A stretch of 64,000 nucleotides of DNA, from positions 310,001 to 374,000 of the forward strand of contig MU008192.1 in NCBI GenBank assembly GCA_010909165.1, read 5' to 3'. Positions 36,948 through 48,510 of this stretch are shown here, piece by piece. Each line of letters begins with the position of its first letter. The stretch's first letter is position 1. The stretch is from Anthoceros angustus (lineage: Eukaryota > Plantae > Anthocerotophyta). The translations under genes were made by a program, and so were the position numbers. A model generated the notes under the pieces. It made no database searches. It saw only the letters and a list, made by a program, of their open reading frames with translations, and was not told the DNA's origin.

Positions 36948-38870
36948 GGTTGCCCTTCAGGTCGATATTGAGAATGCTTTCAACACTGTATCCAGGGCGG
37001 TCATCTTCCAAGAGCTTAAAGACGCGGGTGGGCAACTGGCAATTCTTATTCCTATGGTTCCCCGTCTAAGCTATATTATCAGCATGGCCCCTTGGTGGAG
37101 GAAGTCTCCGTGCTTGACTCCACAACGTGAACCAGGCAGGGAGATCCCTCAGGGGGAGCTCTCTTTGTTATGGCTTATTTCATGGCCCTATCAATAGCTG
37201 CCTCCTGGGTGTGGGAGTGCCTCTTTCCATCGGTGGCCGACGACACCCACATCCTTGGGCCGGTGGACAAAGTCAAAGATGCTTTCGACCTCTTCTTCTT
37301 GTACCTCTCAAGATCTCGAAGTGCAATGTTTGGTCCCCTCAGTCAGACCCGCCCCTCTTCATTATCCGGAAGGATATTGATTCTCCATAGTGCGGATCAT
37401 AGTCCCATCGGGCCACAGGCTTTATATGGGAATTTGTGGATGCTGCGCACTTTGAAAGAGGATCTTGCACATATCAACGACCTCTAGGTGGGCACGGAGA
37501 TGGCCTTGGCATCCTCTCTCCGCCCGCATCACGCCCGGGTATATCATTCGCATTGTCCCCCCCTCCCCAGTTTTTCTTTCTCAACTTGGAGATTTCGACA
37601 AGCAGGTTATGTAGTCTCAACGAGACATTATCGGTCCAGGTTCCTTCGAATGTACGGCCGAGGACCTGTCGCGGTGACATGCATCCCTCCCTGTCGCTTT
37701 TGGTAGCGCAGGTCTTTTGATATGAGGGCCTCGGGCGCTAGCGGCTTTTCTAGAAAGCTGGGCCCTCTCGACCCCGATTTTGGCCTCTCGCTTCCTCATC
37801 TGAGATAGCAGTATTTTGAAGAATTTCGTCGCAGGAGTTGAGGAGGGGTGCTTCCCCCTCTAAGTGTCTCTAAGGTCGGCTAGGGAGTTCTTACCCCTTT
37901 TGGCCAGGGAGGCCATAGCTTCTTTTACCTCGTTTCTTGCAGACGGGCTTCGGGGGTTGCAGGCTTCTCTCTAGGAGAAGCATTATGGGCAGGTGCTTCT
38001 TCTCGATTCATCTATTGCTCGTCCCGCTGGGATTCTACTTCCGGCCTGTAAGTAAGGGGTGTTCCCTGGCCAGCCCGCCCATCAGCGTTCCAATCAGTAG
38101 GCCTTCTCTCTTGTGATGAGGTTTCGCCCTGGAGTCCTGGTCTACCACCAGTCTGCTTCCCCTCTTCCTACGCTCGGGCCTCCATCGACAACCCTAGAGC
38201 CTCCACTTCATCAAGCGTTGTCCAATAAGTGGAATGATATTGCTACCTGGCCCGTCCGAGACATCATGTTCTCGATGGCCAAGGAGAGAGATTTCTTCCC
38301 TTTCAAGAGCTTCTACTTTTACTCAATGGCGCCTCGATGGTGACCTTTTTGACGCGGGGTGGTGTCACTGACCCAACCAGAGATTTATTAATGCGACCAT
38401 AACATCAACCACCGGTTGGCAAAGTGGAAGGAGCATAACTAAGAAAATTTACAAGTACAAGCCCATGCAACTTCATCCCCCTTGCCATTGAAACCCATGG
38501 GGCCTTGGGTAAGGTTTTTTCTCGTTTCACCAAGGAGTGCACAAGAGCCTACCACAACGCGTCGAGGCGGGGTTGGCCTCCCTTCAAATGCCGTGGCTTA
38601 TTTCCCAGAACGCTCATCGCCTGTACAGGACGCTTGCCATCTTTAGGATGATCACGAGTGCTGGAGACGCAACATCGATGGCACTAATGGTAAGTTGGCC
38701 CTTCCCTATCTCGACCAGCAACATCTTGGGGGCCGTTGAGGGTTGTAGGGTAGATTAGTGTGGGGGCACGCCCCCCTAGCCTGGTGCCCCCTTGGCCTCA
38801 TGGTAGATGGGATTTTCCATCTCGTTCTTTTCGTTATAAAGTCTCCACATTTCTTCTTTTTGTTTTATCA
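36948..38870 (+). mobile_element. CRE-like LINE copy B, 3' part
   Basis: Resumes at VALQVDIENAFNTVSRAVIF; QAGRSLRG region corresponding to QGDP; CLFPSVADDTHILGP; RLE C-terminal FIPLAIETHGALG near 38471. Confidence 0.85.
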
Positions 38871-39215
38871 AAAGGTAGAGATAAGTTCTTCACATTGTGT
38901 CATTTGCGTTCACACGTAGGCAAATAGTCCCTACCTCGGAAATGCCTGGGCAGTGAACACGTCTGGCCGCGGAACACGTCGCTTAACGATCGAGTCGGCC
39001 GCGTTCGCTTTCAACACCACGCAAGCGCCGCTTTGGCCCTGGATGCTCCAATGCAAGGAAGGTGAAGGGTTTGGCGTTGCCCTCAACGCCATGGTTTGGT
39101 TGTGTTGTGATGCTAGAATTTTCAATGCAGTACGGGTAATCCGTATCGCGCGAGGCGCCAGCCGGGCAGCTTGGCGAAAGTGGGATGAGGCCGTGAGCGA
39201 GGCAAGACCGCACCT

Positions 39216-40170
39216 TGGCGCGGCGCCGGGCGGGCGGCGGAGGCCGTGCCGACAGGACGGCGGCCGCGGGCGCTGAGCGCGCCGCTGGGCGCCAGCGCGG
39301 CGCCGCGCAGCGCTGGCGCGGGCGCGCGCGGCGCCAGCCGCCAGCGCGGGCGCGCGCGGGCGCGCAGCCGCGGCGGGCGCGGGCGCGGCGCCAGCCAAGG
39401 GCTGGCGCGGCCGCTGGGCCCGGCGCGGCGCGGGCGCCTGGGCCTGTGAAGCCTGCCGCGGGCGCTGGCGGCGCCGCAGCCGCAAACTGCGGCGGTGGCG
39501 CCCGCAGCCGCGCGCCAGGCGCGGCAGCGCCGCCAGCCGGGCAGCGCAGAGCCCGCTGGCCGCGCAGCGCGGCGCGCCGGGCGGCGCGCGCAGCCGCGCG
39601 CGCCCGCAGCCGCGCGCTGGCGCTTGCGCCAGCCTGGGCGCTGGCGCGGGCGCCAGCCAGGCGCGCAGCGCGCGGGCGCCTGGAGCTGGGCGGGCGCGGG
39701 CGCTACCATGGCGCGCGAGGCGCCAGGCGCCGCAGCGCGGGCGCTGGGCGCAAGGCCGCAGGGCGCGGCGCGCAGGCGCGCCGCAGTGGCGCCGCAGCCG
39801 CGGGCGCTGGGCGCCGCAGCCGCGGGCGCGGCGGCGCCGCTGGGCGCGGCGGCGGCCGCGGCGGGCGCGCAGCCAGGCCTGCAGGCGCGCCGCTGGCGCG
39901 CGGCGCCAGGGCGGCGCGCGAGGCGCGCGCGGCGCCGCAGCGCTGGCGCGGCGCGGCGCCGGGCGGGCGCCGCAGGCGCGCGGGCGCGGCGCCAGCAGGC
40001 GCGCGGGCGCTGACGCGCCAGAAGCTGCAGGGCGCGGGCGCGCCGCAGTGGCGGCTACCGCCGCGGGCGCTGGCGCGGCCGCGGCGGGCGCGTGGCGCGC
40101 GGGCGCGCGAGGCGCCGGCGGTGGCCGCGGCGCGCGATGGTCGACAGCGCCGCGTGACGCGGGCGTCGAC
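39216..40170. repeat. Extremely GC-rich low-complexity tract (GGCGC/GCGCG/GCCGCA motifs)
   Basis: About 950 bp made almost only of G and C. Confidence 0.9.
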
Positions 40171-40330
40171 GGGCAAAGACATTGAGGGTGCCAAACACGG
40201 GCGCGAGCGTAAAATTCGCCGAACGATTCGGATTATCAGTGGAATACCAAAATACGACCGCATTTCGGATCGCTTTCTTTGACTTTTCTAACAAGGCGAG
40301 TTGAGTGTTTAATCAGACGATTTTTGAGTC

Positions 40331-43300
40331 ATGATGTCTTCATCGCCGAAAACGCTCATGTTCAATATCGAGAAGTTAGATGGTACTAACTTCCCGCTCG
40401 AAAGAACAAGTGTATAATGTTCTAGTGCGTAAAAGCGATCAAGCCCATAAAGTTGTTAGGCCAAACCGTATAGTATGACTGTGATGAGTGGACTCGGATG
40501 AGCTTGCTAGATCTACTATCATGCTAACATTGTCAAAAACAGTGTACTTCAATGTGAAAGATAAGACCACGAGTTACTGCGGGTGGACTGTATGAGAAGC
40601 AAAGTGCGGCTTCTCGTGTATTGGTTGAAACAAATGGTGGACTTGAAGATGAAGGAAGGGACGAGGATGTCCGATCATCCGAATGATTTCAATACCATTT
40701 TCAGCCTCATCTCAAGGTATCACGCCCCATTCCGTGAGAGCTATGTTTCATGGTCACATTACGAGAGTTGGGACACTTTGCATACCTGAGTACGCCTCGC
40801 TAGTGGTCTTACCATTGTAAATGTAGAAGGTAGCCTGTTAACCGAGGAGGTGAACAGGAAAAACATGGAACCTTCCAAAGGTTCCAAAGGCCCTCATAGT
40901 GAGAGGGAGGTCCACCGCGAAGGGAAGCAACCGGATGTAAGCTTCTCTCGTAGCAAATCTCGTAGTCGTAATAAGAATGTGGAGTGTCACTATTGTCACA
41001 AAAGGGGTCACTTCAAAGAGAGTGCGAGAAGTTCAAAAGGACCAAGGAAAAGAGAAGAAGCGGACGACAAGAAGGCGATCACAGTTGGAAGAGTTAAACT
41101 CGTTGAGGACGGAGATGTCCTTATCTCTTCTTACTTGAATGCCGCACAATGTACCGTGGATAGTCATTTATTCGCAATTGGATAATTGATTCTGCATCTT
41201 TCCATGTTACTCCGCAGAGAGTGGTTTAGCACGTATGATGCTACAAGGAAAGGATGCGTTAGGCTTGGAAATAACTATGCATGCGATCGCAGTGGTGATG
41301 TGCAACTCAAGTTTGACAACGGATCTTCATTCATGTCAAGGACGTTAGGCATGGAAGTTGACAAAGAGCATGATTAGCGCAGATGCTTGGATGATCTGGT
41401 TACCACCGCTGGTTTTGGGGATCACTCTTGGAAGATCTCCAAAGGTTCTCTTGTGTTAGCTCGTGGATCAAGTGTGGCACTTTGTACTCACTTGTAAACA
41501 TGCCAAAGATCATGTGATCATGACAGAGCAAATGTTTCCTTGTGGCATTGCGTTAGGACATATGTCTCAAGGGAATGAAGGTTTTATCTCGCTCGTTATA
41601 TCCTCGTTTAACTTCTCGATCTCTCGATGTGTGAGCACTGCTTATATGGGAAAGACAAAATCATCACATCGAACACGAAAAAAGTAGAGTAAACCTCTTG
41701 AGTTGGTTCACGTGATGTATGTGGACCTATGCTCATCGCATCATTAGGCGGTGCCTCCTATTTTGTCACTTTCATAGATGATTTCTCACGCAAGGTGTGG
41801 GTTTATCCTTTGAGGAAAAAGGATGAAGTTCGACGGTGTTTAAATTTGTCACCCTTGTAGAGAATCACCGCCACCGATTGAAGTGTCTAAGGACGATAAT
41901 GGTGGCGAGTATGTAAAGCTTTGGCCATTCCGTGATTCCAAGGGAATCAAAAGAGAATTGATCGCCAGATACTCCTCCACAAAATGGTGTGGCGAGCGGA
42001 TGAAGAACCATTCGTGAGAGGATGCGTAGTTTGTTGTCAAACTCGGATTGCCTAATGGGTTTTGGGCGTATGTTTCATCGCAGTTCATCTTATTAACAGA
42101 TCTCCTAATAAGGCTGTTGATGAGCAGGTTCCAGAGGAGCTATGGTCTGGAAAGAAACCATCCTACAAGCATCTGCGAGTGTTTGGCCGTGAGGCATACT
42201 GCCATGTTCCAAAAGAGTTTCGGGACAAGTTGGCACCTAAGTCCAAGAAATGTATTTTTCTTGGCTATGGTGATTACGGTGAGATGGGATACCGCTTTGT
42301 GGGATCCGAGGCTAGAAAGGTTGTTCGTACTAACGACGTGTTCTTCAATGAGAACAAGATGCACAGGAAGCCTACTCCAAGTGGTGGAGGTGCGAAGGGT
42401 GATCTTCCAAGAAGATGGACATGATCATCATGGGGTTGAAAACGTGGTAATGTGGAGCACATTCCTCCACCCAGATGAACCAAGAGTCGAACAAGCTCCT
42501 ATAGAGGTGCTCGTGCGAGGGTCGTGCAGATTACACGACCTCCCGATGTATGATCCATCTGGATTATGTTATCCGACAGATTGTGGGGAACCCTCTTCTT
42601 ACAAAGAGGCCATGTCAACGAGTAACAAAGAGAAGTGGGAGAAGGCCATGAAATGAATTACGCATAAGAACCAAACTTGGGAGTTGGTTCTGCTAAGGAT
42701 AAGAAGGCACTACTGCAAATGGGTGTACAAGATGAAGGTCATACCGCTTGATGGCAAACCAAAGTACAAGGCACGATTGGTTGCTAAGGGTTTCAAGCAA
42801 CAACCGTGCATTGACTTTGATGAGATTTTCTCACCGAGTCAAAATGACAACTTTGCGATGTGTTCTTGCTTTGGTTGCTGTGGATGATATGGAACTTGTA
42901 TGATGGATGTCAAGACGGCATTCTTGCATGGTGACCTTCAAGAGGACGTCTACATGCAAAGAACCGTAAGGTTTTGTTGAGAAGGGCAAAGAGCATCCGT
43001 GCGTGTTGAGGAAGAGCCTTTATGGTTTGAAACAGCACCCGAGAGTGGTATCACAAGTTCCACTCATTTATGCTTTCTCAAGGCTACAAACGAGCGATGA
43101 GGATCATTGCCTCTATACGAAGCAAGCTAAGGATCAAAGCTTGCTCATTTTGATCCTCTATGTGGATGATATGCTAATTCCGGGAAAGACTTGATGAGAT
43201 TTCTTGAAGTCAAAGTTGAATGCTCACTTTGAAATGACAGACTTGGGAGAGGCGAGCCATATACTATGCATATTTAATGTATAAAGCCCCGCTTTATTTG

Positions 43301-44330
43301 TCTCGACAATACATTAACAGGTGCTTCAACGCTTCAACATGGAGAAGGGAAGCCATTGGGTACTCCATTGCCTCCATATGTGAAACTTTGCGCGGATTGC
43401 CCAAGCTCGAGGAGGACAAAGCGAAATGGAGAAGGTCCCATACTCATCACCGTAGGGAGTTTGATGTATGCAATGATTGCTACACGCCCGACATTGCCTT
43501 TGCGGTGGGAGTGGTTAGCGTTTATGTCAAACCGCAAGAAGCATTGGGAGGCGAAAAGGAGTTATGAGGTATCCGAATGGTACAAAAGCTTTGTGCATAT
43601 GTTTTGGTAGTGAAGATGCATGTGGTTGGGTACATGATGCGATTATGCAGGATATGGACAAAGGAGGTCCACATCGTTATGTCTTCACGCACGGAGGGGC
43701 GCCTCATGGCGATCTCGCTTCGTGCATTACGCTATCTACCAGAGGCCGAGTATGTTGCAAAGAATCGAGGCTTGCAAGGAAGCCATATGGCTTGCTGCTT
43801 AGTGGGAGACTTGGGGATCAAGGTTGAGTCGCTGTTGTGATAGCAGTGCTATCCAATTGGCAAAGAATCGATGTTTCATGCGAAGACTAAACATGTGGAT
43901 GTGAAGTATCACTTCATTCGAGAGGTGTTGGACGACAAGAGGGTACAACTTGTCAAGGTTCACACCACCCGAACCCCAGATATTCTTACCAAGGGACTCT
44001 CTGGAGCAATTTGCACAAGCTCGGATAATCGATGGGCATGAGATAGTCCATTCTCCAAGGTAAATTGGCCTTTAAGTGGGAGGTTGTAAGGGTATTAAAG
44101 CCCAATGTACTTAGACTAATACACTTAGTCTAAGTTAGGTGTCGCTTAAGTATCATTAGTTTAGCTTAAGCTAATCACTAGGAAGCTTCTTGTGCTCCTT
44201 ACTAGAGCTTCTTGTGGAGCTTCCTAGGAGCTATTGGAGGGTATAAATACCCTCCAAGCCTATCACAAGGTGAGAGAGCTACTCTTGCCTCCTCCTCTCC
44301 TCTCCTCTTGGCTGCCCCACGATCCTTCAC
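40331..44330 (+). mobile_element. Ty1/copia retrotransposon (gag-PR-IN-RT-RH, frameshifted) with PPT and 3' LTR start; no matching 5' LTR in the window
   Basis: FNIEKLDGTNF; CHYCHKRGH; WIIDSASFH; [12 protein letters not shown]; HLRVFG..AYCHVPK..R.KL.PKSKKCIFLGY; YKARLVAKGF; YVDDML; KTKHVDVKYHFIRE; PPT AAGTGGGAGG at 44074 then TG at 44085. Confidence 0.93.
44234..44257 (+). promoter_or_regulatory. TATA box within a 10-bp perfect inverted repeat, in the putative copia 3' LTR
   Basis: TTGGAGGGTA-TAAA-TACCCTCCAA; TATAAATA at 44242-44249, about 95 bp before ATG 44341. Confidence 0.6.
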
Positions 44331-44340
44331 TGGGAGCAAC

Positions 44341-45196
44341 ATGGACGCCGGCTTGAGTCACGCCATCTCGGAATCTCAATTGGTGGAAGGCGATCACATC
44401 TACGCCTGGCGCAGCGCATTTGTGTACTCCCATCAGGGTAAGGCAGCTTGCTGGTATGCCACTTTCTTTCTCGCACAAGCTTGCATTGATGGCTTACGGT
44501 GGCGGATGTGCGTCGGGCAGGTATTTACGTTGGCAGAAGCGAGGATGGCGTGCGCTGGGTGATCCATTTTCTTGGAGGGTTCAAGAACGACAAGGGTTGT
44601 GCGAAATGCCCGCTGAAGACAAGCTGCAGCTCCAACAGACACAGTCGAGCTTCGGGTGTGTCCAAGACGTGCTTGGCCTGCTTTCTGCAGGGTGCTACGC
44701 TGCGTCGGTACCAGTACGATGTGTCCGGTCTTGAGTATCAGTTTGTGAGGCGTGGAGGTAAGGAGTCTGTGTGGCATGGCGATGGCTGGTGCTGGTTGTG
44801 GCTGGCACGGGGCGTGTGTGACTGGATGTGTGATTTAAAGAATCTGACGTATGTTTAATTTTTGCTCCAGGAACCTGCACATCGTTGAAAGCGGATGAAT
44901 CGAAGAAGATTGTTGAAAGGGCATACAGTCTGCTGCAGAGCAATGGATTTGGGCATTATAATCTATTTGCCCGGAACTGTGAGAGCTTTGCCCTGTACTG
45001 CAGCACCGGGAAGCTGGAGAACACAACCAGCAACCAGGTTCGGCATGGAATCGCGGCAGCTGCTGCTGGTATCACAGTACTCACCTTTGGAATCCTGTAC
45101 GCGTTGAAGTCCATCTATTCGTACGCCACTCGAGAGCCTGAGGAGGATGACCAGGAAGGTAGGGAGAGGAGTCAAGTGCCAGCTCTTGCAACGTAG
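44341..45196 (+). CDS. LRAT/NC-domain (NlpC/P60-like) protein, 3 exons (44341-44437, 44521-44757, 44871-45196), 219 aa
   Basis: GDHIYAWR..YSHQGIYVG..VIHF, GTCT, GFGHYNLFARNCESFALYC.TG; GT-AG introns give a continuous frame. Confidence 0.92.
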
Positions 45197-45414
45197 AAAC
45201 CCTCGCAGATGCGTTTCTTAGGTTCACTTGGGAGGTTCCCTTAGGTAAGGTAAGGACACGAGAGGTTTATTTGCCGAAAAAATGTAGCATCTGTGAAGTT
45301 GGGGACTCTGTTATGTACAGCATGTGTCAAAACTTGAGGCCTAAGAAATGTGTGCCCAAGGCATAGGTAGTAGTGAATAGAGTGTGCTCCAACAGAAGCT
45401 TTGAGTGAGCTAGT

Positions 45415-47469
45415 CTATCGCGCCCAGGTGAGCTTTGACAGGATAGATACTGCTTGATCTCGGCCCAGCAGGAAGTAGGGGTGCCTTAATGCAGAGGCAG
45501 CAGAGAGCCTGCCCCGTCTAAAAATGCCTCGTTTACATACCAGCTTTGTGGCTAGGTCCCAGCCTTGACCTCCATCCAGATCCAAGATTTCTAAGTTGGG
45601 CCGAAGCTTTGTGGTTCGTCTCCATGCTTGTAAGTCATAGTCTACAGCTTCCAGCTCCTTTTTCATGACCTGGAGGTTGGCTGAGGACCGTAGATTGGGA
45701 GATGCCATTAATAGAAGGATGATGCCTGCTGAATAGAGGTCGAAGAGATCGGGGCTGTTTATCTGTCAAGAACATGCAAGACACAGGACTAATGTGAAGC
45801 TAACGCACAGTTACATCACCTTCGAAGTCGACCTTCATAGCAGCCGGAAATACATACCTGCCAGACGAAGGGAGAGAGAAGCGCAGCAATTGGCGCTGGC
45901 GGAGGCTTGGGTGTCTGCTCAGGTAGTACAAAAAGTTCTGGTGGGCAGTAGTCTGGGTCCAGCATCCCGCGATCTGGGACATAGTTCTTGCCAACACGAA
46001 GATCAGTGGCAGCTCCGAAGTCTATGAACTTGAGCTTGCCTTTGTTGGTCACCACCACATTCGACGGCTTCACATCCCTGTGCACAATGCCTGTGTCGTG
46101 CATCTGCTTCAGAGAGATGATAATTTGGCGGAAGATCTTCTTAATAATAAGGGCATCTCGTTTCAATGGGTCCTCCTCCTTCAGGCTTCTGCCAAACACT
46201 GCCTCCCCCAAATTCAGAGGAAAGTCGCGAAGCTGCATGAATTCCCCCAGATTTGAATCTCCCTGTCGTCAAATAAGAGATACCGTTGATCATCCAAGCT
46301 CAGCTAAAGCTTCACATAGCTCGTTGCCACCAGAACTGTCAAAAACGCCAGCACATACCTCGAACTTCCATACCAGCCATTTCCCTCCTTGAGTAAACTG
46401 GCCACGGGTAGAATCAGCCACAAAACTTCCCAGAAAAGTTGCACATGCATCTGGTGCTGCTCTACGCATTCGGTAGTTGAACCATTCTTCCATTTCGCCA
46501 CATTCCTCTGCTCCAACCACTCCAACTTTCACCTGGACATCAACCATTCACATTCATCAGTGGTCATGACTGAACGATGGATTCCATAAAACCTATGAAA
46601 AATGCTTGACACATCCATGCCCATCTGCGAAATCCGCAATGCTTATCATCTATTTAGCACAATCCATCCAGGAGTCCCGAAAGCAGATGCCAACTGACCT
46701 TCTTCAGCACAACCTTCTGGAAACTTTTGTACCCCGGCAGCTCTTCAATCCTCGAGCCCCTGCGGCCGAGCTCATCGTCCACTTGCACTCCTTTCGGAAG
46801 GAGCACTCCAGCATACACAGTCCCGAAGGATCCTTCCCCAAGTCTGTCGCCGACTACAAAATCACTACGGCTCCAACTCCTTCTTCCCTGGATCCCATCC
46901 AGAAACTTCTGCAACGGTGCAAAGAAGTACGCATCGATGGCCCCGCTCAAAACCCCTGGACGAGCAGTTAGGTAGAGCCAGCTTCCTACACTAATTCCTC
47001 CAATCCGCCATCTCTCCCCCTCCGGCAAACCATAGAACGCCTGAAAAGCGTCAACAGTTCCAGTCTGCAATAACGACACTGCACCATTGATCTGCGCAGA
47101 TCCAACGTCCTGAAACATCTCCCCGATCCCCTCAACCCGCAGATTGCCAATGAAATCCGCGACAACATCAGCAACAACAACGCCACCGCCTAGTAGAGCA
47201 TGCCCGAGCATTTCAAGTGGGCTATGAGTGACCAAGCCTGCCACCAGACTTCCATCCGGAACAAGACCGCAAACAATTGTGCTCCGTCCAGGAAAGGCAT
47301 TTCCGTGCAACGAGCCATGTCCTAACCTAAGACACCTTCCAAGAACCGAAGACCTCAGCTCCGCACAATGCCTGCTCTGAATCGTGAATGCAGGTCTGCC
47401 TCTCCTGTCCCCTGACACGCTGCAAGACGGCAACCCAGCTAAGGAGCTCCATGACAAAATTTCCGCCAT
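45415..47469 (-). CDS. STN8: Thylakoid Ser/Thr kinase STN8, 4 exons (47469-46699, 46532-46359, 46262-45858, 45762-45415), about 565 aa
   Basis: WLYLTARPGVL.GAIDAY, LGEGSFG, EEWFNYR..RAAP, HRDVKP, DFGAATDLRVGKNY, DPDYCPPEL, RGRLSAA.ALRHPYF; transit-peptide-like N-terminus. Confidence 0.95.
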
Positions 47470-48289
47470 TTAGTAGACCTCGCTACAAGGGTCCCTCCCT
47501 CGCTCCCCAGCTGGACACCAGCTGCTGCTCTATCATCAAGGCTCAGCAGGAGCAGCAGCAGGCTGAATTGCAGCCTAAAGCAAGCCACTCCACCATCCCG
47601 GCAAGGAATTCTCACCACATTCAGCAACACAGAAATTCCAGCTAACAACCACACGCCATCCCAGAATTGCCGGCATAGCCTCCCTCCACAGAGAATAGCC
47701 CCTCAAACACTCCAGCTGCCACTGCCCATGGCGTGGCAAGGCAGGGCCGGGCTGAAACCTGGCAGGAAAAACAGGTGGGCCTGCTGCCGTTCAGAATGCA
47801 AAACTGCAGCAGCTGGAATCCCTGCCTGCGTGCTCATGCCAGCAGCAGGCCCTCCAGCTCACAAGCCCACCACGCCATGGCATTCAACCTCGTTTGCTAT
47901 CCTCGCCACAGAAAGTAGGCCTATCCGGCAACTGCCAATGTGGCATGCTCTAAGATACCCATGTAAAACGACCCTCCTTCGTGGGTTACACACAATACAC
48001 GTAGGTAGTGTCAATAGTAAATGAACACGCCGAGAGCTGTTCTTGATTGAAAAGGCTGGAAGACGTTTTCCGTGGTTGTCAACATGGGATTCAGCCACAT
48101 TCGCTAAGATAATTGTGGTGAGCTTCCGCCGCAAGGGGGATGAGGTCCTGCGGTTCGTGTGCCTCCTGAACGCATGTGCTAAGGCTCCGAGGAATAAGAG
48201 ACCGGAATCTGTCCGTGAACATCTGTAGTGGCCACTGATAGCACATTTGTCAACAATTTGACAAACCTGTGGCATTCATATGGGGGAGT

Positions 48290-48510
48290 GAGCTACCCTG
48301 ATTGGGAATGTACCAACAAGCAGGGAGCAATCCTGAAGGGCAAGGGAGTTCAACCAAAGTAAGGAAGCGTTCCTGCAGCTGGGAGCAATCCTGGAGGGCA
48401 AGGGAATTCTACCAAAGTAAGGAAGCTTCCTACAGCTAGGAGCCATCCTGCCGGACCCAGGAGTTTCCACCAAAGTAGGAAGCTTCCCTAAGCTGGGAGC
48501 CATCCTGACA
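48290..48510. repeat. ~60-bp imperfect tandem repeat, 3-4 copies
   Basis: CCAAAGTA(A)GGAAGC.TCC..AGCT.GGAGC.ATCCTG recurs. Confidence 0.75.

Noticed and set aside
38931-40294. Long Ala/Arg/Gly-rich ORFs
   Set aside because: Stop codons are absent because of extreme GC content.
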